A stretch of DNA of 61,948 bases, counting the filler, from Nemertoderma westbladi (taxonomy: Eukaryota > Animalia > Xenacoelomorpha): NCBI GenBank assembly GCA_032718475.1. It is 3 parts of 3 records of this genome, joined end to end, with 100 filler letters (N's around TTAATTAATTAA, not from the genome) between each part and the next. Parts side by side here need not be neighbours in the genome. Positions count along the whole stretch, not along the records: positions 1 to 28,807 come from JAUCBJ010002622.1; positions 28,908 to 53,751 come from JAUCBJ010006675.1; 1 more part is not named here. One strand, 5' to 3'. The stretch's first letter is position 1. Each line of letters begins with the position of its first letter. Under the pieces are notes generated by a model. That model did not search any database. It worked only from the letters and a program-made list of their open reading frames with translations, and was not told where the DNA came from. This document shows, piece after piece, positions 24,855 to 37,352 of the stretch. A program made the translations under genes and the position numbers.

Positions 24855-24985
24855 TTAATGAAAGTTTCTTAGACCATATGTCTGTTGGTCGGTCTTTCTG
24901 ACTATCTGACAATCTGTCCGTCAAATGTAAGAAAAGAGCACGCCATAAAGCGAAAAGTACAGTTATAGGGGTTTTCCTGACCGCA
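24855..24985. repeat. Dispersed repeat shared with 41570-41680 and partly 59520-59555
   Basis: ACTATC(T/C)GACAATCTGTCCGTCAAAT...AGTTATAGGGGTTTTCCTGA present in both copies. Confidence 0.75.
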
Positions 24986-26661
24986 GAGTTCATTTCGAGT
25001 GTCAGTTTTAATATATTTGATGACTTCAACATTTTCTGTTTGGCTTTCACGCTGTCGGTTTTATTTTGACGGGCAGGGATCTGAACCAAGAAAACCGATA
25101 CAGGGAATCTTTAAGATAGATAGTACAGTACAGTATATGCTTTTATGTCTTTGTAATGTTTTGGAGACATCTGACGGTGACGGACAGAGCGACAGTCAAA
25201 CGGACAGACAGCCATATCTCGAGAAGTAAGTCAGATCTTGCTAAAAAAAAATTGAGTTTAAAGGTGACCTTGAAGTGTATTTCAAGGTCAATCTCAAGAT
25301 TTTTTGAGTAATCCGGCCCAGGTCATACACAGGGCCAGTTCGGTTTCTTTTGAAAACATCTAAACTGAGCCAGTCTCTTACATTACTTTATCCCGGACAT
25401 ACTTTTGTCTACGTTGTATCTGTTTTATATATTTGTTATATTGTATCTTATTACTGTATCAATAAATAACCCCCTTAGAATGGGGTTATTTTATTTATGG
25501 CGTGATACCCATGCAATGGGGTACGTATCACTCACCCACCATTCACCAGGTAAAACAGGAGCCTAGAGCCAATCAAACCTAAGATACAACTAACCAATGA
25601 AAATTCGATACCAAAATGCTGATTAGAATAATTTCCTCGCTCCATTGACACAAAAAGCTCAATCCTGTCGAGACATTCGTTAGTACATAACGTTAATAGA
25701 TTTCAATCTGTTTATTTCATTTCCTCTTGTAAAAAGATCTTTAACATTATCATCATAGGCAGTGCAGTACTGCTCTGTAGCATTTCAGTATGGGTGCCTC
25801 ATAGGCAATTACATTAAGTAAAGGCCTGTAGTACAGGAACGCTAAATGCTGTACTGTAGTAGGTATAACGCCATGTGGCCCCCCTATGTTAGTGGTTGAA
25901 TGAGAACCAGGAATATCCAGGCAACTTCATGATGAAAGCCAATAAATGCCATTTGTTTGTTATTATTTTATTACATAATTTTATGTATTTTTTAATTAAA
26001 TTTTTGTATCTTCATTCTATTATAAACATTGTTCTCTCTCCGCTCATGAATAATACGTGGGTAAGAATTCAAATTGATTAATTAATAATATTGAATATTT
26101 GCATTCAAATTTTACTTCGATAAAATAAGAACGAGGTTTACAAACTACTGATATGTCGCAATTGTTTATGCCAATCTGGCCGTGATTTGTGGCGCTGGTG
26201 GTTCTAGGTGAGTGAGTACAAGTAAAACCATTACTATTACTCTATCGTATCATCATATTAATAGTGATAAATTATCAGATAGATATCAATAATAAGGGTA
26301 CTGTACTGTAGGTATATAATATACAGATAGTGGCGCATGTTGATAAGACAGTTGATCGCCAATGAATGATGGTCCCAGTACAAATTTGTCGCAATGCGTA
26401 ATTATGAAATTTTATTCTCTTTTTTAAAAGTGTACTAAAGAAACGGTCAACGAATGTATTTACGAACATGTTGGGCCATTAACTCTAATTACAATAACAC
26501 CAAGGTTCCAACAAGTAATGGTAGTAGCCTATTTTAAATGTAATAATGTAGCCTTGTATGTTATGTACAAAAGCTTATTGATATTGTTATATTATAGAGC
26601 GATTGTGTAGGTTTGTATTACTGTATAATTTCTTTAAATTAATTATCCTATTATTCTGTTA

Positions 26662-26926
26662 TCTATACCTATAAAAATCAAATTGTGTCTCTCTCTCTGT
26701 GTTCGAACTCCTCCAAAACGGGCAGAGGGATTGCGCTGGAACTTGGCATGTGAGTATAACTTTAACCAGCGGTCGTTATAGGCCACTTTTCGAAAAGTTT
26801 AATTCACGTTCGGTACCGGTACTAGGTACCGGTACGTCAGTAGGCCTATACCGGTACCAGTACGCCAGTAGGCCGATGCCGGTAGCGGGAAATACCGGGT
26901 AACATGCCTCGGGTATTGCCTGCTAG
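26662..26926 (+). mobile_element. Non-autonomous Helitron
   Basis: A|TCTATAC 5' end, GC-rich subterminal hairpin and CTAG|T 3' end, inserted between A and T with no TSD. Confidence 0.7.
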
Positions 26927-27084
26927 TATATATATATATGATACAGTAGGCCTACATTGCATTATAATCATATAATGAGTCTACACACAAGACAGGAGGG
27001 GGAAGGTGGGGGCGGCTAAGCCAAATGGACTCAAATCACATCGCGAATTAAGATATCGTCTCGTCTCAATATTAAATTATAAAT

Positions 27085-27880
27085 TAAAGGAAAGGAATAG
27101 GTTACTGTGGCACGTTATTATAACCAACGCAATAACGTAAGTCAATAGCTAAATAGAACAAGTTGGAGTTTCATTTTTGCTAGTAATCAGCTGTTATTTA
27201 TTTGATTGCGTCAAGTGTCCTCTCACTAAACGAAACGTAGGCCTGATGGCATGTTTTTAAAGATAATTCAACAATTAATTAAATAAATTATAATTTCGGT
27301 CGCATATTTCTTAAAGACATTCAGACATAATTACTGGAATCGTTACCAGTTTGCGAGGGCCTATTGATACTCGAAGAGATAGAGTAAATAAGCTACAGTA
27401 GCTAATGTAGCCTATAGAGTTACTTTCGAGTATATGGGTATCGCCATAAATCATTTAATCTTATCTCTTGAGATTTTAAGGGATATTAAATTCAATATGA
27501 AGATGGTTCATCTAATAGGCGCCTATGAATGTTCACTGTTACCGTAGCATAAATAAGATTATAAATGATCAGAGAAGAAAGCCTGACATTTTGCCTGATT
27601 TATCGTTTTTAATAAAATCCTATTTATGGGTCAGATTTTCATCGTGTCGATGTAATAATAGCTGAATTTAGAGGAGGGTGGGGGGGGGGGGGGGGGCAAA
27701 TCATATCTCTGTGAATTACTTCTTGGCTTCTTGTTAAACTAACAATTTTAATTACCAATAAAGGGAAAGGAGCAGGTTACAGTGCTATGTTATTCCAACC
27801 AAACCAAAAAAGTAAATAGCTAAATAGCACAATTTCAATTACAGTTTCATGTTTGCTAGTAATCATTTGTTATTTGCGTT
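27085..27880. repeat. Diverged ~130-bp direct repeat pair (27085-27205 and 27758-27880)
   Basis: TAAAGG(G)AAAGGA..AGGTTAC...AATAGCTAAATAG.ACAA...TTTGCTAGTAATCA..TGTTATTT in both. Confidence 0.7.
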
Positions 27881-27937
27881 GAATTTCTCGTGGTGAGTGA
27901 ATAATTTTGATGCTTCAAGAGAAACCCACCCTAACTG

Positions 27938-28230
27938 ACACGTTCGTGCGGCGTCGCGCAGCACGCGAACTTGAGCAAGTTCGAAACAAGTTCGATTCGA
28001 TCTGGAGTCAAAAGTTCGAGAGGTATGTGCCCGTAACTTTCAAAAATATTGGAACATTTTCTCTAATGCCCATACAAAATTTGGTAAAATCTTCAAAAGT
28101 TATTTACGAATGAATTTTTCATTACAGACAGACAGACCGACAGACAGATGGACATGAAATTTTGCCCTATTTTCTTATTATAATTGTGCGCAGCGCTGCT
28201 TTACTCCTTTACTGCATGGCTCGCCCCACA
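27938..28230 (-). mobile_element. Helentron/DINE-1-like element, same termini as 23812-24150
   Basis: ACACGTTCGTG... to ...GCTCGCCCCACA with an internal (ACAG)n tract. Confidence 0.55.
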
Positions 28231-28532
28231 AACATAATATTGGTTGGTTAATGGTTAGGAATAAGATTATGTATTAGAATATCAATATAGTTGTTTCAGT
28301 GTAATGTTTTTATTTATTCTCCAAAACACGTAATTAATATCTACCCATTATAAGTGGAATGAATAAGCTGTATTCTGGAAAACAAAAGAGAGGTATTTAT
28401 AATTTTGAACTTATATATGAACTTATACCTTTGAACCATTATTTTCATATCTCTGGTCTTCACCCTCTAGTCTTAACGTAAATAATATTTAGGTAACACA
28501 TTCTCTGTACCTGCATTTTACCTTATACCACC

Positions 28533-28713
28533 TATACACGTTCGTGGGGCCTTCGCGCAGCACGAGGTTCAGTTACGAGGTACAAATTATAATTGAGCAA
28601 TTCAATCACAGAATCTTTATTTAACGAAATTAAACAATAAAAGGGGAAAGTTCCTCCCCTCCAACCCCAACCACCCCAACCAAAAGTCGCACAGACGCAA
28701 AGCTCGCCCCACA
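28533..28713 (-). mobile_element. Helentron/DINE-1-like element, short derivative
   Basis: TATACACGTTCGTGGGGCCTTCGCGC...GCTCGCCCCACA is the reverse complement of both ends of 23812-24150. Confidence 0.6.
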
Positions 28714-28807
28714 AACAGCAACATTGGCATAAAATTACTAATTACAGTATCGTCAAAGAATTTCTTGCATTTTATTGAATATTAACTATTCAAATACAAA
28801 GATGTTT

Positions 28808-28907
28808 NNNNNNNNNNNNNNNNNNNNNNNNNNNNNNNNNNNNNNNNNNNNTTAATTAATTAANNNNNNNNNNNNNNNNNNNNNNNNNNNNNNNNNNNNN
28901 NNNNNNN
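28808..28907. other. Artificial contig spacer
   Basis: N44-TTAATTAATTAA-N44, with stops in all six frames. Confidence 0.98.
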
Positions 28908-29215
28908 CCTAAAGGAACTGTTAATATTTCCCGAAAGCCAATAATATCTGTCAGAGATTAATTATTAACGATCTATCGAATAATACATTAGGTATACACT
29001 GCAACCTTACACTGTAATAATACAATTCAAGCATCCGAATTCAGTCTCCCGGGTGTAGATCCATCGGGTGAATGATCGCGCATGGGCTGACTTCGGCTAA
29101 TGTTTTGCGTATTAGCATAAATTATTGTCGTATGCTAAAGTGGTTTTAATTAACGAAAAGACATATAAATTTTGGCAGGTTAAACTGCTAAAGGTCTTCG
29201 AAAGCGCGAACACAA
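28908..29215 (+). mobile_element. Unclassified dispersed repeat, copy 3 (reverse complement of ~1560-1832)
   Basis: CCTAAAGGAACTGTTAATAT...TGTCAGAGATTA and GGTTAAACTGCTAAAGGTCT..GAAAGCGCGAAC match copy 1 in reverse. Confidence 0.7.
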
Positions 29216-29829
29216 ATTGATCAGTTAGATAGTATCATCTTGTTTCTTGCGTTATAGGGGTTTATGAGGGTCCTGAATCCGATGGAAAATGCAATAAAAA
29301 CAGCACTGGACATCGCAAACTTGTAACTAACTGAAAAGTGCTGGTTACTTGATTTATTCATTTTTTGCCTACGCAGATAGGACTAAACAGCCATTTATAG
29401 TAATCATATCATTTTTAAATATTTTCCAATGTATTTTGCGCTCCAGAAAACCTGTATTGAAATACAATTAGCCGAAAAATATAACTTTCAAATTTTGTGA
29501 AAATTGTGCACTAATTGTAATTTTGGTGCTGCAATATAACCACCCCAGTATATTTTTTCGAAAATTTATTTTTTTTCGGTCGGATCCAGACTCCCCCCCC
29601 CCCCCCCGGTATTTGTACAACATTTTATAGCCCGGTACTAATACGGTTAAAGTAACAAAGTTATCTTTGAGGAAAATTGTTCAATTTTGTGTAATTAATT
29701 AACTTAATTCATTTATAATTAAATTTTCCTTTAATTTTATTTTACTTCTTATTTATTTTACTAGTGATATGACAGAAGACCCTAACATACTGTAATATGG
29801 TAGAACACTCTCTAGAAGTGGGTATAAGA

Positions 29830-30500
29830 CTACTACTACTACTAGGATCGGCATGCTGCATTGCAGCTGCATTTTTAAGAATGCTGTGCCGGCTTGTCAA
29901 CAAAATTGCGCCGCCACAACTCCCTATCACCCACGACATTTGCTAGATCATCCGCATCTTTAAGGCCAGTGTCCTTTAAGATGCGTCTCAAGAAAGTCAT
30001 GGGCTGTCCACCATGCTTATTCACTCCATGAGGCTGCCAAAGTACAAGATTATGCACTGGCTGGTCCTCACGGCGAAAGCAATGTCCTGCAAAGCGGAGG
30101 CGATTTTGTTCTAGTGTCAAGCTTGGGGGAACCAATGAGACACCTCCAATGTTATATAGTGTCTGGTTGGAGATGTGTGCATTGTACTTGACACAATGTA
30201 CCCGGCGTAGCATTCTTGTGAATGTGCCATCCAGAGATTTGGTGTCCTCAGCAGTTAGAGCCCAGCATGGACTCCCGTAGAGGAGTACTGGAACTACTGC
30301 TGCTCTAAATAATCGGACCTTAAGTTTCCGATTAATTCTAGGTGACTTCCAAATCCTGGAAAGCCTATTCAAGGCTGCCCATGCCTTTCCCTTACGTATT
30401 CGAAGGTCCTCACCTGACTTCCGGATCCATGATCCCAGGTAACATAAGTCGTCCACATGCTCAAGCATACCATCCTTTGAGCTTATGCTCATCCGATCAG
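29830..30500 (-). mobile_element. 5'-truncated RTE-like LINE (RT C-terminus) with (TAG)n tail
   Basis: YLGSWI, KAWAALNRLSRIW, LKVRLFRAAVVPVLLYGS, RLRFAGHCFR; CTA repeats at 29830-29844; near-identical to 42910-43390. Confidence 0.9.
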
Positions 30501-31489
30501 AGACCCTAACATACTGTAATATGGTATAACACCCACTCTCGTTGAGATATGGTGTTCTACCACAAGATGATATGATATATTGTTCCAAAAAATGCTACAT
30601 AAGGTGTATTTTTCACGATATTGAGACCTGAAACGGGTGGATGGTAAAATGATATACGGTAAAATGGACAACACCAGGAGAAAGAGCACCACCGATTTGC
30701 CTAGAATCGAAAAATTTGAGATAGGGTATTGTACCTTCTGACGGCAGTGTACAGGACTTGTATCACCTGTCTAGGTATGGTTGAAATTAAAATATATCGC
30801 ATCGAAACAGATGACTTAGCCAAACCAGTTTTGTAAACTTCCTGAATGCTATTATTATTACAGAATAATTTTAAAATTAAAATTTACTTGTAATTTTCGT
30901 GGGCACCAAATCTGGAAAATATTATTTCGATTACAAACATGCAGAATGAACAGTCAAGTGTTCAAGCTTTACGTATCTAAACTTCTAAAACACTCTCACT
31001 GTTATATAATCACATGTTAATCAAAATTGCAGCAGAGTGTCGGGACGGAATTTTCTGTCCCGTCACCAACTATTTGGATCCAATAAGTTGTTACACTGTT
31101 GAAAATAGTTAGTAAATTCGTGACGGACGGAAGTTCCGGCATTAAAAGTTAATTTTTTATCATTCCAAATATAAGTTATATTAATTGGTGATAGTCATAA
31201 CATAGGACAAGTTAATGTATAGTTATTCTATAGTAACTTTAATCGATAACTCTCAACAACACGTTTTCCAGGCTCAAAAAACATTTTCCGTCGCGTCACG
31301 AAAAAAGAGTTCTGAAACTCTACAAATGACCATGAATCTCAAAAAGTTTGTCATTGTACAGCAATGTAAGTAATCATAAGAGCTGGTTATTTAGCCATGA
31401 AATAATGCCGAGAAAAGTGCGATATTTATAATTTTATAAATTGGAATTGTGGTTGACACGTTTCAGATCACGCCCAGTGGTTGACCCCC

Positions 31490-31760
31490 TCGCCCCTAGT
31501 CACCGCCAACAGACCCTAATTGCAGGGGTCGTGCTGCAGAGGGAGCCGAACAGGGGGAGAACAAGGTGATATATTTCCCCTTGTTAAGTTCGAGACCCTC
31601 GGCCGCCCCGGTCAAGAGACGTCCTCCATCCTTCAGGAGATCGGGTCCCGCCTCCACACCGTCACGCATGAGCCGCGCTCCCACAGGGCATCGTCGTGGC
31701 CATTCTGGTGGGCAACACGTCATCTGTCCTGGCGACTGCCGGCCCATCCCTTAGTGGACT
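31490..31760 (+). pseudogene. C-terminal restriction-like endonuclease fragment of a CRE-like non-LTR element
   Basis: AAEGAEQ...FP...FETLGRPG...ILQEIGSRLHTVTHEPRS fits the AA..AE..K...F.P...ETLG..G pattern. Confidence 0.6.
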
Positions 31761-31765
31761 CTTTG

Positions 31766-32703
31766 GGGATTAGTCACTTGTAGACTCTTGTATGTATATT
31801 TTTGGGATTAGTCTCTTGTAGACTCTTGTATGTATATTTTTGGGATTAGTCTCTTGTAGACTCTTGTATGTATATTTTTGGGATTAGTCTTTTGTAGACT
31901 CTTGTACAGTACAGGCCACCAGAAAACGCAGATTTGTACAATTGTGAACACATTTTATCAAATGTGTACCAGTGTAATGTAATGTTGTTGAACGGGACAA
32001 TTGAACATAATTGAACAGAATTGAATTGGCAACAACCAAAATTTTTTCGCCAAAGGATACAATTGAATACTTTTGAAACGCGTAGTAATCTGGAAACTCT
32101 CTGTAGTTTGCCGCGAACTGTCACTCACTGCAGCTGGAAATGCGATAAGGATTTTGTTTACCTTTATAGTGTGCGGTTAATAGTGTCTAGTAGGCAGGCC
32201 TATAGTTAGTGATGTTAAGGCATCTTCTGGTGTTTCTCTGTGCCCTCTCGGTGTCAGACTAATGGCGCGACATCTCCCTCCACTAAATTAATTATTCAAT
32301 GGTCTAGGCTCTTCCATCCATATACCCATCCACTCCCATACACTCCATGAACCTCCATGTGGTCTTGTATGTAGTTCTCTCTCTACCAATACAACCCATG
32401 TCCGCAATGTTACGCCCTGGGGGCTCTCTCATCTACCTGATATCAGACATACAGGCGCACCGCACACTAAGCCTTTGTCGGTCCCAGCAAGTTAGCCTCC
32501 TGCTGTGTGATCTAGAAGATAACTCGCCAGAACCTGCCAATCAGATGACTTGAACAAATGTGTTCACATGTGATCACATTGGATGAAATCTGCTTTTTCT
32601 GGTGGCCTGTACTGTATGTATATTTTTGGGATTAGTCTCTTGTAGACTCTTGTATGTATATTTTTGGGATTAGTCTCTTGTAGACTCTTGTATGTATATT
32701 TTT
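31766..32703. repeat. 38-bp tandem repeat (GGGATTAGTCTCTTGTAGACTCTTGTATGTATATTTTT), ~6 copies, split by a MITE
   Basis: Units start at 31766, 31804, 31842, 31880 and resume after 32614. Confidence 0.9.
31907..32614. mobile_element. Tc1/mariner-type non-autonomous element (708 bp) with TA TSD
   Basis: TIR CAGTACAGGCCACCAGAAAA(C/A)GCAGATTT at both ends; TA at 31905-31906 and 32615-32616; removal restores the 38-bp unit. Confidence 0.88.
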
Positions 32704-33137
32704 TATGTTTTATAAACATGTATATTTTGTTATGAATGTGAGTTTCTTACAAAGGATGAAACACAAGTAGATCAGCTCATATATTAAAATATAATATATT
32801 AAATAATATAAAAAATTAATAAATAATATTAAAATAATTTTAAATTATTTAAAAAATAAATATAAAATTTGAAAACTTAGATTAGACACAATAATTGCCT
32901 ATTTACCATCGGTTCCCTATAAGGCCCGGGGGAAGGTCAGTTTTTAGATCTTGGCTCAAAATTATAATTTTGATTGATAAGGGTTTTCGAGGTCGCTGAT
33001 AAGGATTATACCAGTTAAAAATATTGTGAAAATGCATGATTTGGCGCCATCCTAGTGCGCCAGAATGAAAAGTAGAAGTAGCAAAAAACTGTTAAATTTT
33101 GTCTTTGGTTTGGTAATTCTGAAGCTATACTGGAATT

Positions 33138-34160
33138 GGTTCTAGGTCAGTAGCCCCCCGGACAGTAGCCCCCCGGACAGTAGCCCCCTGGACAGTAGCC
33201 ACCCGAATGAGTTTTGTAACCTTTATTTTTTGTGTCTTATTTCTGGATGTAGGACAATTCGGTCCCGGACAATTCGGTCCCGGACAATTCGGTCCCAAAA
33301 CACAAAATTAATGGGACCGAATTGTCCGGGACCGAATTGTCCGGGACCGAATTGTCCGGACCGAATTGTCCGGGACCGAATTGTCCTGCTTCCCTTATTT
33401 CTTACTGTCTTATTATGTCTTATTTGTTACTGAGTGTTATTTGATATGGGTTAGTGTTCTAGAACCTCAGTAGATATTTTTTTATGGTAGCTTGTGTATT
33501 TTTTACTTGCCAGTATTTTCGAAAATAAAAAAAAATTAATATTGTTTTCAGTGTTTTTGATATTGGTGAATGTTCTAGAACTTTAGTCGATTTTTTTTAT
33601 GGTAGCTCTAGCTAGTATTTTTTGAAAATATATATTTAATACCCCCATATTTGAATATTGGTTATTAATATATTCAGCAACATTTTAAACCTGAAATATC
33701 CAGGTTTTCACAATTTTGAAGAAAATTTAAAAAATACTAGCCATCTTAAAAAAAACATATCTATTTTCCCAATACAAAAAGAGCATTAAAAAAAATTATA
33801 TTCTGGAATTTCAGCGATATAAAACATTACTGATTAAATGAAAAATGTAGATGTTTTTTCTTATTATTTACTCATGGGGCTAGGGGGCTATTGTCCGGGG
33901 GGCTTCTGTCCGGGGGGCTACTGTCCGGGGGGCTACTGTCCGGGGGCTACTGTCCCGGGGGGCTACTCTCCGGGGGGCTACTGTCCGCGGGGCTACTGTC
34001 CCGGGGGGGCTATTGTCCAGGGTGCTACTGTCCGGGGGTCTACTTTCCCGGGGGCTATTTTCCGGGGGGCTACTGTCCAGGGGGCTACTGTCCGGGGGGC
34101 TATTGTCCGAGGGGGTTCTGTTCTGGGGGCTACTGTCCGGGGGACTACTGTCCTAACACT
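33138..34160. mobile_element. Mutator/foldback-like element with 15-bp subterminal tandem repeats
   Basis: (GGACAGTAGCCCCCC)n on the left and inverted (GGGGGCTACTGTCC)n on the right; imperfect 9-bp TSD ACTGGAATT/ACTGGTTTT. Confidence 0.7.
33245..33393. mobile_element. Nested Mutator/foldback-like mini element (149 bp)
   Basis: (GGACAATTCGGTCCC)x3 facing (GGGACCGAATTGTCC)x5; perfect 9-bp TSD CTTATTTCT at 33236-33244 and 33394-33402. Confidence 0.88.
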
Positions 34161-35579
34161 ACTGGTTTTCAAGGTCGCTGTTAACTATACAAATCGTTAA
34201 AAATCATTTGTGGTAACGCAACTATCGTTTTTGGTGCTTGTCTGCTGGGACGAAAAATGCAAGTTATCATAAAATTTCAAAAGGCAAAAATCAAATTTGT
34301 TTGAAAAATACGATATTTTTGAGTTTCATATTCGTTATCAGCATACCAGAAAGTCCCTAATGTTATAAAATCGGGTTGATTTGATTTTTTATTAAATAAT
34401 ATTATATATCATATAGTTACAAATTACAATAGGGGAGAGTCAGACCGTACCATCATAAGCCTACTTAGACTTTATTTGTTTGTAGCGCCTACAGTTCATT
34501 TCTAATTAAAAAGTATATTTATTTAGAATCATCGATAAACTAACTAACGAGTTAGAATTTTCAACTTTAAAAAAGATAATATAGATGTCGGGTTATCTGG
34601 ACCAAGTTTCAATAATATAAATGCCCACCAAAATCCTAGACCTATTTAGTACGTGTCTCGGACATTTATATTGAGAAACAAAACAATCACATTGCGTAGT
34701 TAGTACGATAGTTTATAATTTAATTGTTCCCCGGGCTTTGAAACTCTTGACTTAAACATTTAACGTCACTTAATGGGGATTATAATACATATAAAACCAT
34801 TATGATATAACTAAACCAAGACGATTTAATACACGAATGGATTTGATTTCCAAATTTGGCAATTAGTCCTTAGATAATTAATTACCAAGAAGACACTGGT
34901 TTACACTGAATAGGCCCACTGTACATCAAATATGTTGTCTAATATTCACTCCGATATGCTTTAATACCATTATCATTATACTATTATTGTATGACATTTG
35001 ACAGTGATAATGTTTTAAGCCTACATCATGCTTATATACTATTTCACAATTTGGCAGATAACTTATCTATTTATCGAGAAATAAAGGTAACAGAATCAGC
35101 GGTTGTGTTTCTGGATATTAATTCATTATACTGTACCAATCATAAATAGAGTACTATCCATTAATTAATATCATTAATATCTAAATTAATTCCGTTAAAA
35201 ATAATGATTATAATTAATTATGATTTTCGCATACAACATAGGCCTACAGTATAGTTACACTGAATAACCATGTTTACATTAGATATACAAATTATTTACA
35301 CTAAAACTTTAGGAATGTCTTATATCATTTACGGAGTGAACAATAAACCATATTACAGTATAAGAAGCGTCCAATTATTAGGTGGGTAAAACTATGTTCA
35401 AAGGCCTCAAAAACAATGGCAACCGATAATATCAATAATGTTCACTAACCTAAAAATATTTACCGAAATTACATAAGCCGAAAACCCATTAGAGAAGGTC
35501 CCTAGTTAGGGATTTGGGGGGCGCACCCCCTGGAAATTTGTAAAAAATAAAAAATAAAGAGTATAATGTTAGTAGTGTG

Positions 35580-36300
35580 AAGTGATTATAAGTAAGCTTT
35601 GCGTCCTCCTTGTCACTACTGCAACTATCGGCAAGATACATTGCGGCTGCAACAGCCACAACTCACTATCATCCATGACATTTGCTAGACAGGTGCTACT
35701 GCTCCTCTAAATAATCGAACCTTGAGATTCTGTTTTATTCTAAGGGATATTCAATGCTGCCCATACCTTCCAATTAAGTTTTGGTCTTCCTGGAATTTAC
35801 AAAAAGGCCAACAATAGAAGCAGACTGATCCAATGAGTAGATGAGCCTTTGGGCTCCCTCTAGTAATTCTGACGGTACCCCTAAGTCATCATTTCCTCTA
35901 CTTCTTGTGCCAGTATCAAGTGTGTCACCCTGAAGGACTCGACTCCCCATAAGACTTCGAATCGATCTGTGTCACCATCGGCAGTAGACACAAATGTAGT
36001 GGAACCATCATACAGTGATCTGATAGCTGCAATAATTGCATCAGGAATCCCATATCCCTTATGATGAACATACATACGTAGTCGGGAGACTGAATCGAAG
36101 GCCTTATGTCAACAAAGATATACCTATATATCTTGTAAGATGGTCTTACCGATATAAGATGGTCTTTCTTGCCTCTCTTCGATCATCATTCGAAGTGCCA
36201 GAATAGGCCCCATGGTCCCACAACACTTTATGGAACTTGTTTTGATTTCCAAGTAACAGTCTCTCAACAGGATCCCTGATGCGATTGAATATACTGTAAT
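35580..36300 (-). pseudogene. Decayed RTE-like RT fragments
   Basis: YGIPDAIIAAIRSLYDGSTTFVSTADGDTDRFEV..GV plus pieces resembling the 3' end of the 29830-30500 element. Confidence 0.75.
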
Positions 36301-36354
36301 TAATTTTTTCGGCGATGAGATGAAGTGGTATGCCCTAGCCAACGGTGTCATAGA

Positions 36355-37352
36355 ATAATTCATGTTAAAGTAAAAAAAGGGTCTAATTGGCTAATATCGT
36401 TATATAAAGTAAACGCTTTCGGCCTACCGGCCTGCCTCAGACTTAAAGAATACAGGAATGCACCACCAAATAAAAGTACATATGTACGTCGAATTCAAAA
36501 TTCCCTCCACCGCATTTACATAATTCCAACAACAACGAACGTAATAAAGGTCCACTAAGTGTGTCAAATTATGAATCGAAATGTGTCTTGAACAAAAATG
36601 TCAACAAAAATAAAACTAATAATAATAATAACTAATATAATATTGCAACTTGTAAATTTATAGTTCTCGGCAAGACGTTCAAAAGTGAGTAGAAAATATA
36701 CTGTAAAGACGTGCAAAAGTGATCAGTAAATACTGTATAATATAATGATTAAATTGAAAATATAGGCACGAATTATAGTTCAAGTTTATAGTCACATTTC
36801 ACCAAACCATGACGTCATACACTATTTCACCCAATCTCGACCTTGACCTTTTCGTGCCTATATTTTCAATTTAATCATTATATTATACAGTATTTACTGA
36901 TCACTTTTGCACGTCTTTACAGTATATTTTCTACTCACTTTTGAACGTCTTGCCGTGAACTATAAATTTACAAGTTGGCAATATTATTTACATTACATAA
37001 TTGTTATAACAACCACTTACCTACTGGCCGTGAACTATAAATTTACAAGTTGCAATATTATATTAGTTATTAGTTATTATTATTATTAGTTTTATTTTTT
37101 TGACATTTTTGTTCAAGACACATTTCGATTCATAATTTGACACACTTAGTGGACCTTTATTACGTTCGTTGTTGTTGGAATTATGTAAATGCGGTGGAGG
37201 GAATTTTGAATTCGACGTACATATGTACTTTTATTTGGCACTGCATTCCTGTATTCTAAGGCTGAGGCAGGCCGGTAGGCCGAAAGCGTTTACTTTATAT
37301 TATGTAATTATATTAGCCAATTAGACCCTTTTTTTACTTTAACATGAATTAT
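36355..37352. repeat. ~1-kb inverted repeat (arms 36355-36772 and 36851-37352, 78-bp spacer)
   Basis: Arms are near-perfect reverse complements; the right arm carries an extra ~75-bp internal duplication/insertion. Confidence 0.95.

Noticed and set aside
28852-28863. TTAATTAATTAA as a biological motif
   Set aside because: Centre of a synthetic spacer, repeated identically at 53796-53807
33230-34200. GGYCP / GPNCP repeat ORFs resembling Cys/Gly-rich proteins
   Set aside because: Translations of the 15-bp subterminal repeats of foldback elements
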